From IMG/VR virus record IMGVR_UViG_3300012827_000001, positions 1 to 64,000 of that record: a stretch of DNA of 64,000 bases. One strand, given 5' to 3'. Positions 34,515 to 44,627 of the stretch are shown one piece after another. The notes under the pieces were generated by a model. That model was not told where the DNA came from and ran no database searches. It saw only the letters and a list, made by a program, of their open reading frames with translations. The position numbers and the translations under genes are program-made. The number at the start of each line of letters is the position of its first letter. The stretch's first letter is position 1. This stretch comes from a virus. Taxonomy: Duplodnaviria; Caudoviricetes.

Positions 34515-35086
34515 GCGCGGTCGACTGGGCTGCCGAGTTCAGCAACTTTCCCCCAGCCTTCCACAGGCTTCTGGCCGACCTTCTGGCGGAGATCGAGGCC
34601 GAGCGAGCCCGAGAGCAGGGCGTCAAGCTCGCGGGCGGCAGGAGGGCTCAGCAGCCGTCAGGGTCCATGCAGGACGTCGTGGACGTGGTCTACCCGCGGC
34701 GTTCGCAGAAGCCGTTCAGGGAGGCTCTGGCTGAGGCGACGGATCAGCCGCCGGCCACGGTCGCCGCCTTGGCTGGCATGAATCCGGGGACCATGTTCAG
34801 GCTGCGCAATGGACGCCGCCCGCTGACCAAGGACACCCTTGAGCAGATCGCTAGGGCCATTCACGTTGATCCGGGCTACTTCCATGAGTACCGGGTTCTG
34901 GTGGTTCATGAGGCGATCGATGCGCTGCTGACCCCGCTCCGCTCCCTGCAGGCGTACAGCTCGGTAGAGCGTGATCATCGTCGCAATCCGCGGCCCAAGA
35001 CGCCGAACGCACCGAACGGCTTCAGCACCACTGCGCGGGGAGTGCTTGCATATCCGACAAAGCAGGGTCGAGAGGCTGCAGAGTGA
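34511..35086 (+). CDS. XRE-like HTH protein
   Basis: TVAALAGMNPGTMFRLRNGRR..TKDTLEQIARAIHVDPGYF. Confidence 0.75.
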   Translation: MSAVDWAAEFSNFPPAFHRLLADLLAEIEAERAREQGVKLAGGRRAQQPSGSMQDVVDVVYPRRSQKPFREALAEATDQPPATVAALAGMNPGTMFRLRNGRRPLTKDTLEQIARAIHVDPGYFHEYRVLVVHEAIDALLTPLRSLQAYSSVERDHRRNPRPKTPNAPNGFSTTARGVLAYPTKQGREAAE

Positions 35087-36714
35087 CCGCTCTCGCCAAC
35101 CTCAGCCAGGAAGAGCTCTACCTCTGGGGGATCCTGAACGACCCCACCGGCGTGGACATCTATGAGTTCATCGGCGTGAACAATGAAGGCGACGGCCCTG
35201 AGCCAGCACGCCTGTGGGACTTCCAGTGGCCGTGGATGCATGCAGACGGCAAGTACCAGATCTCAGCAACCAGCCGGCAGCTGGGCAAGAGTTGGTCCGT
35301 GGCGTGGCGTGCGATGGCGTTCGCGTTTCAGGCCCCGCGTCAGGAGATGCTGTTCGTCGCGCCTCAGCAGGATCACCTTGATCTGTTGATGGCGAAGGTG
35401 GAGGAGGCATTCGACGCATACCGCCTGATGCGAGAGATGCGAGCTGCGGGGCCCACGGCAGGACTCAAGCGGGCCCCGCACTGGCAGCTTTCGCTGAAGA
35501 ACGGTGCCGTGATGATCACGCGCCTCGGGTCCAACCCGAACAGCGTCAAGGGACCGCACCCTGTGCGCATTGAGGTCGACGAGGTCCAGGACATCCCTGT
35601 CGCGACCTACATGGAGATGGTGGAGACCATCAAGACCCACGCCCCGGGCATGAAGTGGTGGATGCACGGCGTGACAAAGGGCGTCGGGCAGGACCTTCAT
35701 TATCGGCTGACGCAGAAGAAGAATCATGCCGAGGAGATCGAGGGCCCCGACTGGCGGGTTCACCACTACATCGCCGCGCACCGTCCCACATGGAACGATG
35801 AAGAGCGCGAAACCAAGATCCGCCAGTACGGCAGTGACGAGAACCATCCTGACTATCAGCGCAACGTCCTTGGGCTGCCAGCCGATGCGGGCAACTCGCT
35901 GTTCGTCATGGCGCGACTCATGGCCTGCGTGCGTCAGCGAGAGTCCGAGTGGGCTCTGGAGTACAACGAGCAGGTCTACACCAGGATCAAGATCGCTGAC
36001 AGTCTAGTTGCGCGCGTCAGTTCGATCGAGGCGCTGGTGGACATTCCTGTGTCGCACCTGCGTGATGAGTACATCTCTTACTGGGGTGGGGCTGACATCG
36101 GCTTCACCAATGACCCCACCGAGATCCTCATCTTCGGCACTACGAAGGCTGGCGTGGACCGCCTACTGACGCGCGTCCAGCTCGTGCGCGTCTCAGCCAA
36201 GGATCAGGTGGCCGTTATCCGGCATCTGTTCTCTGTGTACGGAGCGAAGTTGCGTCGGTTCGGCATGGACCGCACGGGCGTGGGCCTCCCGCTGTTCCAG
36301 GAGTTGCAGGAGGTCAAGGAGATCGCCGAGCGAGTGGCGGGCTACAACTTCAGCGAGAACCGGGCCGTTGGGTTTGAGGACAGGGAAATGAAGGCTGGGG
36401 AGAAGCAAGAAGACCTGGTCATCAAGCGAAACATCAAAGATTACGCCACGGACATTCTTCGCAAGTGGGTTGACCAGAAGAAGCTGGAGCTGCCACGAGA
36501 CGAAGAGCTGCTGCAGGAGTGGGGCGGGGCGACTTCGTACATCGTCAAGACCGCACCAGACCAGGACGGCGTGAAGCGAAAGTACGGCTCTGGCGCCCTC
36601 CACACCCTTGACGGCGCGCGCATGTACGCGGCAGCCAAGGACCTCATGGCCATCGAGGAGATCCTCAACGCTACCCCGAAGCAGGCTCCGGTGCTTGATC
36701 GGTTCGTCTTCTGA
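35083..36714 (+). CDS. terL: Terminase large subunit
   Basis: SRQLGKS (Walker A), IEVDE (Walker B), nuclease WGGADIGFTNDPT, GMDRTGVG, HTLDGARM. Confidence 0.9.
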   Translation: MTALANLSQEELYLWGILNDPTGVDIYEFIGVNNEGDGPEPARLWDFQWPWMHADGKYQISATSRQLGKSWSVAWRAMAFAFQAPRQEMLFVAPQQDHLDLLMAKVEEAFDAYRLMREMRAAGPTAGLKRAPHWQLSLKNGAVMITRLGSNPNSVKGPHPVRIEVDEVQDIPVATYMEMVETIKTHAPGMKWWMHGVTKGVGQDLHYRLTQKKNHAEEIEGPDWRVHHYIAAHRPTWNDEERETKIRQYGSDENHPDYQRNVLGLPADAGNSLFVMARLMACVRQRESEWALEYNEQVYTRIKIADSLVARVSSIEALVDIPVSHLRDEYISYWGGADIGFTNDPTEILIFGTTKAGVDRLLTRVQLVRVSAKDQVAVIRHLFSVYGAKLRRFGMDRTGVGLPLFQELQEVKEIAERVAGYNFSENRAVGFEDREMKAGEKQEDLVIKRNIKDYATDILRKWVDQKKLELPRDEELLQEWGGATSYIVKTAPDQDGVKRKYGSGALHTLDGARMYAAAKDLMAIEEILNATPKQAPVLDRFVF

Positions 36715-36780
36715 CGTTCGTTTCGCTTCGTTCTGGCTTCGTCGGCACGTTCTGTGCGCTGAGGTTCGAGTGGTAGTTGC

Positions 36781-37206
36781 ATGCCGACCGCCACCGTCTC
36801 TGCGGGCAACCCGTTCCGGCGCGACGTCCCGGCCGCTGCGGCGGATCCGACTCCGCCCCCGGCCTTCACGCCGACTCAGGGCGCCACGGCCAACACTGGC
36901 CTGGCGGTTCTGAACTACGGCCTGGGCACCCGGAATCAGATCGAGGACGAACTCGATCGGATCGCAGAGGCCGTCCGCGGTTTCTTCATGCTGCAGCCGG
37001 ACGAGGTCATGCGGTACTGCATGGCGTACACCGCCCGCCTCAGCGAACTGGCTGTGCTACTCCACCGCGCCGAGAGTTACGACAAGCAGTTCTGGCGTAT
37101 CCGGACGATGCAGGTGCAGGTGTACCTGGATGAACTTGACCGTCAGTTCAAGACGGCTAGCCGCATAGTTGAGGTGCTTCGGCAGGACTTGGAGATGTCG
37201 CGATGA
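36781..37206 (+). CDS. Hypothetical helical protein
   Basis: Between terminase and portal; coupled. Confidence 0.7.
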   Translation: MPTATVSAGNPFRRDVPAAAADPTPPPAFTPTQGATANTGLAVLNYGLGTRNQIEDELDRIAEAVRGFFMLQPDEVMRYCMAYTARLSELAVLLHRAESYDKQFWRIRTMQVQVYLDELDRQFKTASRIVEVLRQDLEMSR

Positions 37207-38873
37207 GTGTGCACAGCATTGACACGGGCTTCGTCGAGGTCGCCGCCGAGAACCTGTCCGGCCTGCCGAACCGCCTGGTGGCTTCCACCGTGCGCGAGCT
37301 CGCAGGCCAGCTCTCTCAGTGGACGCAGGAACAGCGCGCCCAGAAGGGCAAGCCGACACTCTTCAGCCGGACGAAGTATGTCTCGTCGGAGAACCCGTAC
37401 GACATGATGAAGACCGCGAAGCGCGCGGTGGTTGACGATGACGTGGTCTCTGCGACCGCTGACGTCACGGAAGGCCTGATCTTCCAGGGGTCCGCGTGGG
37501 AGTCCTCGGATGAGATCGCCTCCGCGATCATGAACAAGGTTGCCGAGGACCTGGACCTGGACAACTACTTCCGCATGGCCCACCGTGAGCTGTTCACGTA
37601 CAGCCAGGTCGTGACCGCCCTGTGGTGGGGGCGCAAGGAGATCCAGCCCAACGTCCGCCGGCCCTCAGGCAAGAAGAACAAGGACGGCTCGCCGCGCACC
37701 TACCCGTCGCGGTCGTCGTTCACGCTGAACGTGCCCACGAAGATCGTCCTGCTGGATCCGACGAAGGTCGTGCCGGTCGGCAACCGGGTGTTTGGCGAGG
37801 ACCGTCTCGCGTGGCACGCCACGGACGCGACGATCGAGGCGTGGGAGAAGGGCGAGGCGAACCCGTACGCTGCCCGCGACGAGACGATTGCCCAGCTCTT
37901 CATTGGTCGCTACCAGCCGTCGAAGGACGAAGAGGCCTGGATGGGCAGCCTCGGCATTGATCCTCGCAAGCTCATGGAGTTCAACCCTCAGGCGGTGTGG
38001 CGTCACTCGTTGACTCGCTCCTCTTACGAGGGGTTCCCTGACCTGCGCATGAAGAGTGCCTTCCGTCACCTGGACCTCAAGGCGCAGCTCATGGACTCCG
38101 ACCGGGTCATGCTCGTCGGTGCGGCGAACTATCTCCTGCTGGTGAAGAAGGGTTCCGACGACCATCCGGGCCTGCCTGAGGAGATTGACAACCTTCGGGA
38201 CAACTTCCAGGTGCTGGCGAAGCTGCCGGTGATCGTCTCCGACCATCGGCTGAGCATTGAGATCGTCGCGCCGAAGCTCGACACGACGCTGGACCCGAAG
38301 AAGTACGACCTGCTGGACAGCCGCATCGCAGCGCGCCTACTGGGGATCCCGCAGGTCGACACCGGCGCCCGGGGTGACCAGACAGCCGGCACGACATCTC
38401 GGATGATCGCGCGCCGCCTGGAGTCCGAGCGTCACATGCTGCGCCGCGCGACCGAGAAGCATCTCGCGAAGGCGATCTGGGAGCGCAACGAGCAGGCGCT
38501 GAGCAAGTACACCAACGTGCCCAGCTTGGCCTTCATGCCGCGCAACGTCCAGCTCGACAGCGACACGGTGATCCTGTCGGCCATCATCCAGGCGCGGAAC
38601 TCCCGTGACCTGTCGCGCGAGTCGTACCTGGAGTTCTTCGGGTTCGACCAGGCCGTCGAGGCGCAGCGCATGGAGCGCGAGGCCGAGATCTACGACGACA
38701 TCTTCCAGACCGCCGTACCGTTCAGCGCTGCCGGAGGCGATGGCAGTGGGGGAGGGGCTACCCCTCAGGGTGGCCGGCCGCAGGGGGGCGGGTCACCGAA
38801 GCAGTCGGCTCAGGGTGCAGTCAAGCAGCGGACGTCCACGGGGGCGCCGTCCACGGGGGGTGCAGGTAAGTGA
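37203..38873 (+). CDS. Portal protein
   Basis: 556 aa after the terminase; helical, low-complexity Gly-rich C-tail. Confidence 0.8.
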   Translation: MSVHSIDTGFVEVAAENLSGLPNRLVASTVRELAGQLSQWTQEQRAQKGKPTLFSRTKYVSSENPYDMMKTAKRAVVDDDVVSATADVTEGLIFQGSAWESSDEIASAIMNKVAEDLDLDNYFRMAHRELFTYSQVVTALWWGRKEIQPNVRRPSGKKNKDGSPRTYPSRSSFTLNVPTKIVLLDPTKVVPVGNRVFGEDRLAWHATDATIEAWEKGEANPYAARDETIAQLFIGRYQPSKDEEAWMGSLGIDPRKLMEFNPQAVWRHSLTRSSYEGFPDLRMKSAFRHLDLKAQLMDSDRVMLVGAANYLLLVKKGSDDHPGLPEEIDNLRDNFQVLAKLPVIVSDHRLSIEIVAPKLDTTLDPKKYDLLDSRIAARLLGIPQVDTGARGDQTAGTTSRMIARRLESERHMLRRATEKHLAKAIWERNEQALSKYTNVPSLAFMPRNVQLDSDTVILSAIIQARNSRDLSRESYLEFFGFDQAVEAQRMEREAEIYDDIFQTAVPFSAAGGDGSGGGATPQGGRPQGGGSPKQSAQGAVKQRTSTGAPSTGGAGK

Positions 38874-39691
38874 CAAGCTCGGTGGCGGATCTCCGGAACC
38901 AGTTCCGTGCGCAGTACGCCCGGCCGCGTGCAGTGCGTGCTGCCGCGATTCCTGCTGTAGCAGAAACCGCGCCGGAGGATCTGGCGTTCGCGCTGGAGGC
39001 CGAGGGTCGCGTCATCGTGTCGACGCCGGTCGAGGCTGCCGTGGAGGCCGCGTCGAAGTGGACCCTGGACTTCCGGGGTCGCCTCGTCGAGGCGGAGTCG
39101 GCCAACCTGAACGGCGCGTTCTGGACGCAGAAGGACCTGGAGTTCGGTCTGCCGACCGTTGCGCACGGCCCGTTGAACTGGGGTCATGACGCGAAGGAGA
39201 TCGTCGGCGCCCTGGTGGACCCGGTGATGGTGTCTGCCGAGCAGGCGGCGAACCAGAACGCGGGACCTCACATCCAGACCGGTGCTCGCTTCTGGTCCTA
39301 CCTCAACCCTGAGCGCGCGAACATGCTGCGCAAGTACATCGATGAGGGTCGTGCCTGGTTCTCGATGGAGTGCGTCGCGGAGAAGATCGAGTGCCGCGGG
39401 CCCAACGGGTGCGGTCAGGTCATGGAGTACGCGGACGCCGCGAATCGCACCGAGCGGGCCTGTGAGCACGTGCGTGAGCGTTCGTCGTACCGCCGGTTCG
39501 TCAACCCCGTGTTCCAGGGGGCCGCGGTCATCGTCCCCCCGCAGCGACCCGGGTGGTCGAACGCCAACATCACCGGCCTCGTCCAGAGTGCTGAGCGGCA
39601 GCTTGAGGCTGCCGACCTGAACGTGGACGGCCTGTCCGATGGGGACGCCGTCGCAATGGTCGCTGCGATCCTGCAGTGGGCCAAGCGCTGA
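38870..39691 (+). CDS. Probable capsid maturation protease-like head protein
   Basis: Position after the portal; NLNGAFW...WGH...FSMEC pattern. Confidence 0.55.
   Translation: MTSSVADLRNQFRAQYARPRAVRAAAIPAVAETAPEDLAFALEAEGRVIVSTPVEAAVEAASKWTLDFRGRLVEAESANLNGAFWTQKDLEFGLPTVAHGPLNWGHDAKEIVGALVDPVMVSAEQAANQNAGPHIQTGARFWSYLNPERANMLRKYIDEGRAWFSMECVAEKIECRGPNGCGQVMEYADAANRTERACEHVRERSSYRRFVNPVFQGAAVIVPPQRPGWSNANITGLVQSAERQLEAADLNVDGLSDGDAVAMVAAILQWAKR
38947..38968. promoter_or_regulatory. Intragenic degenerate palindrome copy
   Basis: GATTCCTGC TGTA GCAGAAACC. Confidence 0.5.
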
Positions 39692-39707
39692 GTTAGGGAG
39701 CAATATC

Positions 39708-39974
39708 GTGGGACTCATCGAAGCCGCAGAGGCGGGCGCCCGAGGGCATTACCAGCGCCGGCCGTGCACCCTTGGTCAGCTCATCCAGAAGATGCCCGAG
39801 CAGGATCAGCGTGATATCCAGGATCTCCTCGGCCGGGATCCCAAGATCTTCACCAACAAGGTCATCTCGCAGGCTCTTGCCCAGAATGGGTACCTCTCGC
39901 CGGGCGGGTCGCCGCTGAACCACCAGATCATCGGGCGGCACCGCCGGGGGGACTGCTGCAGTGGGGATCGCTGA
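39708..39974 (+). CDS. Small hypothetical protein
   Basis: GGGAG RBS; CTLG...RHRRGDCC. Confidence 0.65.
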   Translation: MGLIEAAEAGARGHYQRRPCTLGQLIQKMPEQDQRDIQDLLGRDPKIFTNKVISQALAQNGYLSPGGSPLNHQIIGRHRRGDCCSGDR

Positions 39975-41208
39975 CGCCGCAGACGACATGGCGGCCGAGC
40001 GGACGGCGGCAGCGGAGCCAAGGCTCGTCGTGGACGCCTCGCCTCACGGTGGTGAGTTCACCGGCCTGGTGACGCAGAAGCCTGTCCGCCCTGACGAGTA
40101 TGAGGGTGCGTTCGCGAAGATCTACGAGCTCGCCGGCCTGAACCCCCAGGACTACCGCATCGTCGAGGACACCGTTCGCTTCTCCGCCTGGCAGCAGTCC
40201 AAGCGCCTGGAGAACGGTGACCGGGACACGATCACCCTGTACTCGTACCGGGCCAGGTTCCAGCGGATCAGCGACCTGGAGGCCCGCACGGAGGAGGTCG
40301 TCGCAGCCCTGGCTGAGCAACTTCGCCAGCGCCGGCTCACACCCCGACGAACCCCGGGCACGGGCCTCGGTGAGCCAGCGACGTACTCGGCCCTCCTCGC
40401 CGACTGGCAGCTCGGGAAGGACACAATCCGCCCCTGCGACGCGGAGCACGGCCTGACGGGCGTTGAGCAGACTCAGTGGCGGGTGGAGCGTGCCGTTGAG
40501 CTGTCGCGCGCGCGGATCAAGAACCTGCGTCGGGTCGGTCGGAACATCAACGGTGTCGCCTTGGGCATGATGGGTGACATCACGGAGAACATCGCTGACA
40601 GCTACGAGAACCAGGCGCACTCCGTGACTCTCAACCTCACGGACCAGATCCTGCGCGGCCTCGACCTGATGGTGTGGGTCTGCGAGGAACTTCTTCCGCT
40701 GGCGTCTGAGGCAGACGTCTTCGCGGTTCTCTGCAACCACGGTCAGCTCGCACGCCGGGGAACGAAGACGAACATCACGAACGACGCGGACAACGTGCAG
40801 AACCTGTTGATTCGCCTCCTGCGTGACAGGATTGTTGGTCCCAAGCTCCCGCACGTCCGCTGGCATGAGCCCGGTGAGAACATGATCACGACGCTGGAGC
40901 TCTCAGGTGTTCCGACTGCCGCGGCCCACGGGCATAAGATCAAGGGCGGGGAGGACGCCTGGCTTCTGAAGCAGACCGCCAATCTCGCAGCCACGCGGGG
41001 GGTCGCCCCAAGGGTCTGGCTGACAGCGCACCGGCACTCGCAGAACGTGGTCGACCTTGGCGCGATCCACAGGATCCAGGCAGCCACCGCGGACGGCGGA
41101 AGCAAGTTCTTCACCGACCAGTCTGCGATCTACTCCACACCCGGAACAACGACGCTGCTCATTGGCAATCACGACGAACGCGGGTTCTCTGACCTCGAAC
41201 TTCTCTGA
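39961..41208 (+). CDS. Calcineurin-like metallophosphoesterase
   Basis: ADWQLGK, MGDITE, CNHG, AHGH, AHRH motifs. Confidence 0.8.
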   Translation: MGIADAADDMAAERTAAAEPRLVVDASPHGGEFTGLVTQKPVRPDEYEGAFAKIYELAGLNPQDYRIVEDTVRFSAWQQSKRLENGDRDTITLYSYRARFQRISDLEARTEEVVAALAEQLRQRRLTPRRTPGTGLGEPATYSALLADWQLGKDTIRPCDAEHGLTGVEQTQWRVERAVELSRARIKNLRRVGRNINGVALGMMGDITENIADSYENQAHSVTLNLTDQILRGLDLMVWVCEELLPLASEADVFAVLCNHGQLARRGTKTNITNDADNVQNLLIRLLRDRIVGPKLPHVRWHEPGENMITTLELSGVPTAAAHGHKIKGGEDAWLLKQTANLAATRGVAPRVWLTAHRHSQNVVDLGAIHRIQAATADGGSKFFTDQSAIYSTPGTTTLLIGNHDERGFSDLELL

Positions 41209-41215
41209 TCCTCAC

Positions 41216-41244
41216 GGGGGCTGTCGGCACAACGGCAGCCCCCG
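41216..41244 (+). terminator. Hairpin/terminator
   Basis: CGGGGGCTG...CAGCCCCCG followed by TTGT. Confidence 0.6.
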
Positions 41245-41327
41245 TTGTAGTTCTCCAGAACCCCCGTCGAGTGACTCCTCGTGAAGGCCCAGGGGCCTGA
41301 ACTTCACGACACGAGGAGGAATGGCTC

Positions 41328-41891
41328 ATGGCAGTTCGTGAGCAGCTCATCCCGCGAGAGACGGCGGAAGCGGCGCCGGCGCGGGAGGTGGCCGAGGACC
41401 GCACCTTCACCGAGGCGGAGCACCTCGCGATCCTGGCGGACCGCGTGGCGACCGAGACCGCCTCCCGGGACGCGGAGATCGCGAGCCTGAAGGCGAAGGT
41501 CACGGGCCTGGAGACCGAGAAGGCCGACCTGGAGACGCGACTGGATGTCGAGGTCGCCAAGGCTGAGAAGGCTGAGCAGGAGTTCGCCGACTACAAGACG
41601 GCGGAGACGGCCAAGGCCGAGGTGGCGGAGCGCCTCACGGCGCGTGCGGACAAGGTTCGCGAGGTCGCCACGCATGTCAAGGACGAGTTCTTCACCGACG
41701 AGCGCAAGCAGCGCTGGGCGGAGATGGCTCAGGCCGACTTCGACAACCTGGTCGCCGAGCTCGCGGCGGTCGCTGGCAAGCCGGCGACGCCCGCGGAGCA
41801 GGCGGCCGCGCAGACCTCGATGGACGGCGTCACGCCGCACAAGGTCGAGGGTTCCAAGTTCTTCGAGCTGACCCGTGGGGGTGCGCAGTGA
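41328..41891 (+). CDS. Capsid scaffolding protein
   Basis: Charged coiled coil before the capsid genes; GAGGAGG RBS. Confidence 0.7.
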   Translation: MAVREQLIPRETAEAAPAREVAEDRTFTEAEHLAILADRVATETASRDAEIASLKAKVTGLETEKADLETRLDVEVAKAEKAEQEFADYKTAETAKAEVAERLTARADKVREVATHVKDEFFTDERKQRWAEMAQADFDNLVAELAAVAGKPATPAEQAAAQTSMDGVTPHKVEGSKFFELTRGGAQ

Positions 41892-42403
41892 GCGACTACG
41901 GCCTGAACTTCGGCTTCCGCCGGGACGAGCCGTCCGTCAAGGAGGGGCGCCAGAAGGTGCCCGCGGCAGGCGAGTTCTACATCGGCGACCTCGTCACCCA
42001 CGACACGGCGAACCCGGGCTTCCTGAAGAAGGCACCCGAGAACGCTCGGTTCGAGGGCGGCTACACGGGTCTGCTGATTCAGGAGGAGGGCTGGACGGAG
42101 TCGTACTTCAACGCTCCGATCGTCGACTCCTTCGGTCGCGGCCGGGCCCTCAACGGCAAGCCGACGGCGATCTACACCGGCCAGGGCCTGAAGGTGTGGC
42201 TCAAGAACACCACGGGCGGGACCCGCTCGGATGGCCGCGAGGTCACCGGTCGGACGGTCGTCGACCTCACGAGTGTCGTCGCTGGCGACCTCCTGAAGTG
42301 GACGGGTACCGCATGGACCCGCACCACCACTGACAGCCAGGGTGCCCTCCGCGTCACGATCGTGGACGCGGCCAAGGGGTACGTCGAGGCAGTCGTTCGC
42401 TGA
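41888..42403 (+). CDS. Head decoration/cement-like protein
   Basis: Position between scaffold and capsid; beta-rich. Confidence 0.55.
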   Translation: MSDYGLNFGFRRDEPSVKEGRQKVPAAGEFYIGDLVTHDTANPGFLKKAPENARFEGGYTGLLIQEEGWTESYFNAPIVDSFGRGRALNGKPTAIYTGQGLKVWLKNTTGGTRSDGREVTGRTVVDLTSVVAGDLLKWTGTAWTRTTTDSQGALRVTIVDAAKGYVEAVVR

Positions 42404-42423
42404 TCCCGAGGAGGAGAAGACAG

Positions 42424-43389
42424 ATGAGTGTTCAGATCCTGTCGCGGGTGCTGCGAAACGCCCCCCGACGTGAGTTCGCCAGCGCTGACAAGGCGCGCGA
42501 TTACAAGGCTGCGGCTGATGCGCTGAACGCGGAGGCCAAGGAGAACTGGGGCGACCCGAAGTGGCACCGGGAGCAGGCTGCTCTCATCGCCGAGCGGATC
42601 GACTGGGGTTTCAAGAACGAGAACATCGTCTCGTCCTACATGCCCACCCAGAACGTCGCCTCCGACGAGCGCATCGTCCTGGAGGAGACCCGCGGCATGA
42701 AGGTCTTCTGGACCGCCCGCAACGGTCAGATCGACCAGTCGCAGCTCCGGACTGAGCAGTGGGAGCTCCCCCGGGAGACCCTCGGCTGGCACGTGTCGGA
42801 GTTCGAGGACAACTGGGAGAACGACTACGCGGCCACGGTCGAGAAGCTCGTCGCCTACGCGGGCCAGCGCGAGACGGCAGAGATCAACCGTCGTGTGTTC
42901 TCGGTGCTGCAGGAGGCCATCTCGGTCTCTTCGCCGTACTACGAGGACGCGTCGGCGACGGGCCTCACGCCGCAGGTGCTGAACCCGCTGCTGTCGGAGG
43001 TCGCTGACAACCCGCCGGCCAGCAACGCGGACTTCTCGCTGCCGCTGTCCATCGTGGGTCGCGCTGCGGCCATCGACCAGATCTCCGATTTCCCTGGGTT
43101 CGCACCCGAGGCGCTGGAGGAGATCCGCAAGCGGGGTCGTCTCGGCGTGTACCGCGCCGCGAACATCGTCCGCATCACGAACTACGTGGACGACGAGGGC
43201 CTGCCCTACATCCCCGAGGACGAGGTCTTCGTGCTCGGTGGTGACTTCGGTCGCTTCGTGAGCTACGGCAGCCCGAAGATGCGTGCGTGGAGCGAGAACG
43301 AGACCGCGCACTTCCACCACCTGCAGCGCAGGGATGTCGGTGTCAGCGTCTACCGGCCTCAGTACGTCCGGCGGATCAAGGTCGCCTGA
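42424..43389 (+). CDS. Major capsid protein
   Basis: 321 aa, strong RBS, highly biased codons, terminator downstream. Confidence 0.8.
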   Translation: MSVQILSRVLRNAPRREFASADKARDYKAAADALNAEAKENWGDPKWHREQAALIAERIDWGFKNENIVSSYMPTQNVASDERIVLEETRGMKVFWTARNGQIDQSQLRTEQWELPRETLGWHVSEFEDNWENDYAATVEKLVAYAGQRETAEINRRVFSVLQEAISVSSPYYEDASATGLTPQVLNPLLSEVADNPPASNADFSLPLSIVGRAAAIDQISDFPGFAPEALEEIRKRGRLGVYRAANIVRITNYVDDEGLPYIPEDEVFVLGGDFGRFVSYGSPKMRAWSENETAHFHHLQRRDVGVSVYRPQYVRRIKVA

Positions 43390-43404
43390 GTCGCGTCCTG
43401 AGCC

Positions 43405-43446
43405 ACAACGGCGGCCCTGCCTCTTCGGAGGCGGGGCCGCCGTTGT
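43405..43446 (+). terminator. Terminator after the capsid gene
   Basis: CACAACGGCGGCCC...GGGCCGCCGTTGTG. Confidence 0.75.
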
Positions 43447-43480
43447 GTGTCGATCTCTTTCCTTGACACAAGGAGGAATC

Positions 43481-43924
43481 ATGGCGCTTGTCGTGGTTGG
43501 CACGGAGCCGGTCCTGCTGGGGCATGGGTCTCTGCTTCTGCAGAACCTGGGCGAGGCGGACATCTACGTCGGTGGCTCTGATGTCTCGGATGAGAACGGT
43601 GTCCTGATCGAGGGCGGCGGCCTGGTGTCGATCGGTCTCGCGTCCGGCCGCATCTACGCGGTGGCGGATGAGGAGACGGAGCTTCGTGTTCAGCCGGGTG
43701 GCAGCATGGCCACGGCTGAGACTGCGTACCGGGCTGAGACGGCGCAGGTGTTGGCGGAGTCGGCGCGTGATGTTGCGCTTGTTGCCCGGAATGGGGCTGA
43801 GGCGGCCCGCGATGAGGCGGTTGTTGCTGCGGATTCGATGGTGACGATCTGGAAGGGCACGCAGGCCGCGTACGACGCGCTGGGGTCGTATGACGACAAC
43901 ACCTTGTACTTGGTGATCCCGTGA
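43481..43924 (+). CDS. Virion accessory/fibre-type protein
   Basis: AAGGAGG RBS; C-terminal IWKGTQAAYDAL..YDDNTLYLV motif of phage fibre proteins. Confidence 0.6.
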   Translation: MALVVVGTEPVLLGHGSLLLQNLGEADIYVGGSDVSDENGVLIEGGGLVSIGLASGRIYAVADEETELRVQPGGSMATAETAYRAETAQVLAESARDVALVARNGAEAARDEAVVAADSMVTIWKGTQAAYDALGSYDDNTLYLVIP

Positions 43925-44556
43925 CGACGTTGCTTGATGCTGCCCGTGTCTATGTTGATGGGCAGTGGGTGCAGGCGGCGTATCTCGGCCAGGACCGCCT
44001 TGCGCGCGTGCGGACGAATCTTCAGCCCACGCCGCGCCTGCAGGCCGCGTCGGGGTGGTTGTCGATCCTGTCGGCCCCAGCTTGGGGCACGTGGGAAGGC
44101 GGTTTCGGTGCCGTCCTGCGGAGAACGTCGACAGGGTCGGCGCGTTCAGGAATTCAGTCACAGAACGCTCTCGGTTCGGTGGGAGCATTTCCTACGGGTG
44201 TGCCCATGACGATAGGCGTGGATGCCGCTCGTGGCCCGCTCATGCTGGGGGGAGTGACGTTGCGCGTCATGCTTTTCGATGGCGGGACTACTCAGCGCGC
44301 AGTGGCTTCCACTCCTGCGTTGCTTGCATCGCGTCAGCGGTACACGATCACACTTACGCCGAACGGAGTGTGGAATCGTCTCTACCTCGATTTCATGGAT
44401 GCCGCCGGCAACGCCGATGACATCGCCGGATATCTCGACCGCCTCACCATCGAAGTCGGATCAAGTGGCGGTTCATATTTCGATGGCGACACTGACCGTG
44501 CTGAGTGGACGGGCACGCCGAGCGCCAGCCCGAGCACTCTCTGGTCGGCCGGCTGA
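43921..44556 (+). CDS. Carbohydrate-binding-like virion protein
   Basis: Beta-sandwich composition; YFDGDT..EWTGTPSAS motif. Confidence 0.5.
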   Translation: MTTLLDAARVYVDGQWVQAAYLGQDRLARVRTNLQPTPRLQAASGWLSILSAPAWGTWEGGFGAVLRRTSTGSARSGIQSQNALGSVGAFPTGVPMTIGVDAARGPLMLGGVTLRVMLFDGGTTQRAVASTPALLASRQRYTITLTPNGVWNRLYLDFMDAAGNADDIAGYLDRLTIEVGSSGGSYFDGDTDRAEWTGTPSASPSTLWSAG

Positions 44557-44627
44557 TCCGGAGTCGATGTCTGTTCGTGTAGCACCGAGTGCGGTGCTGG
44601 GAACAGAGATCCACCCTGGAGGAGCAG

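Noticed and set aside
35083-36714. Intein or intron in the terminase
   Set aside because: Normal length, uninterrupted ORF, no splicing or homing-endonuclease motifs seen
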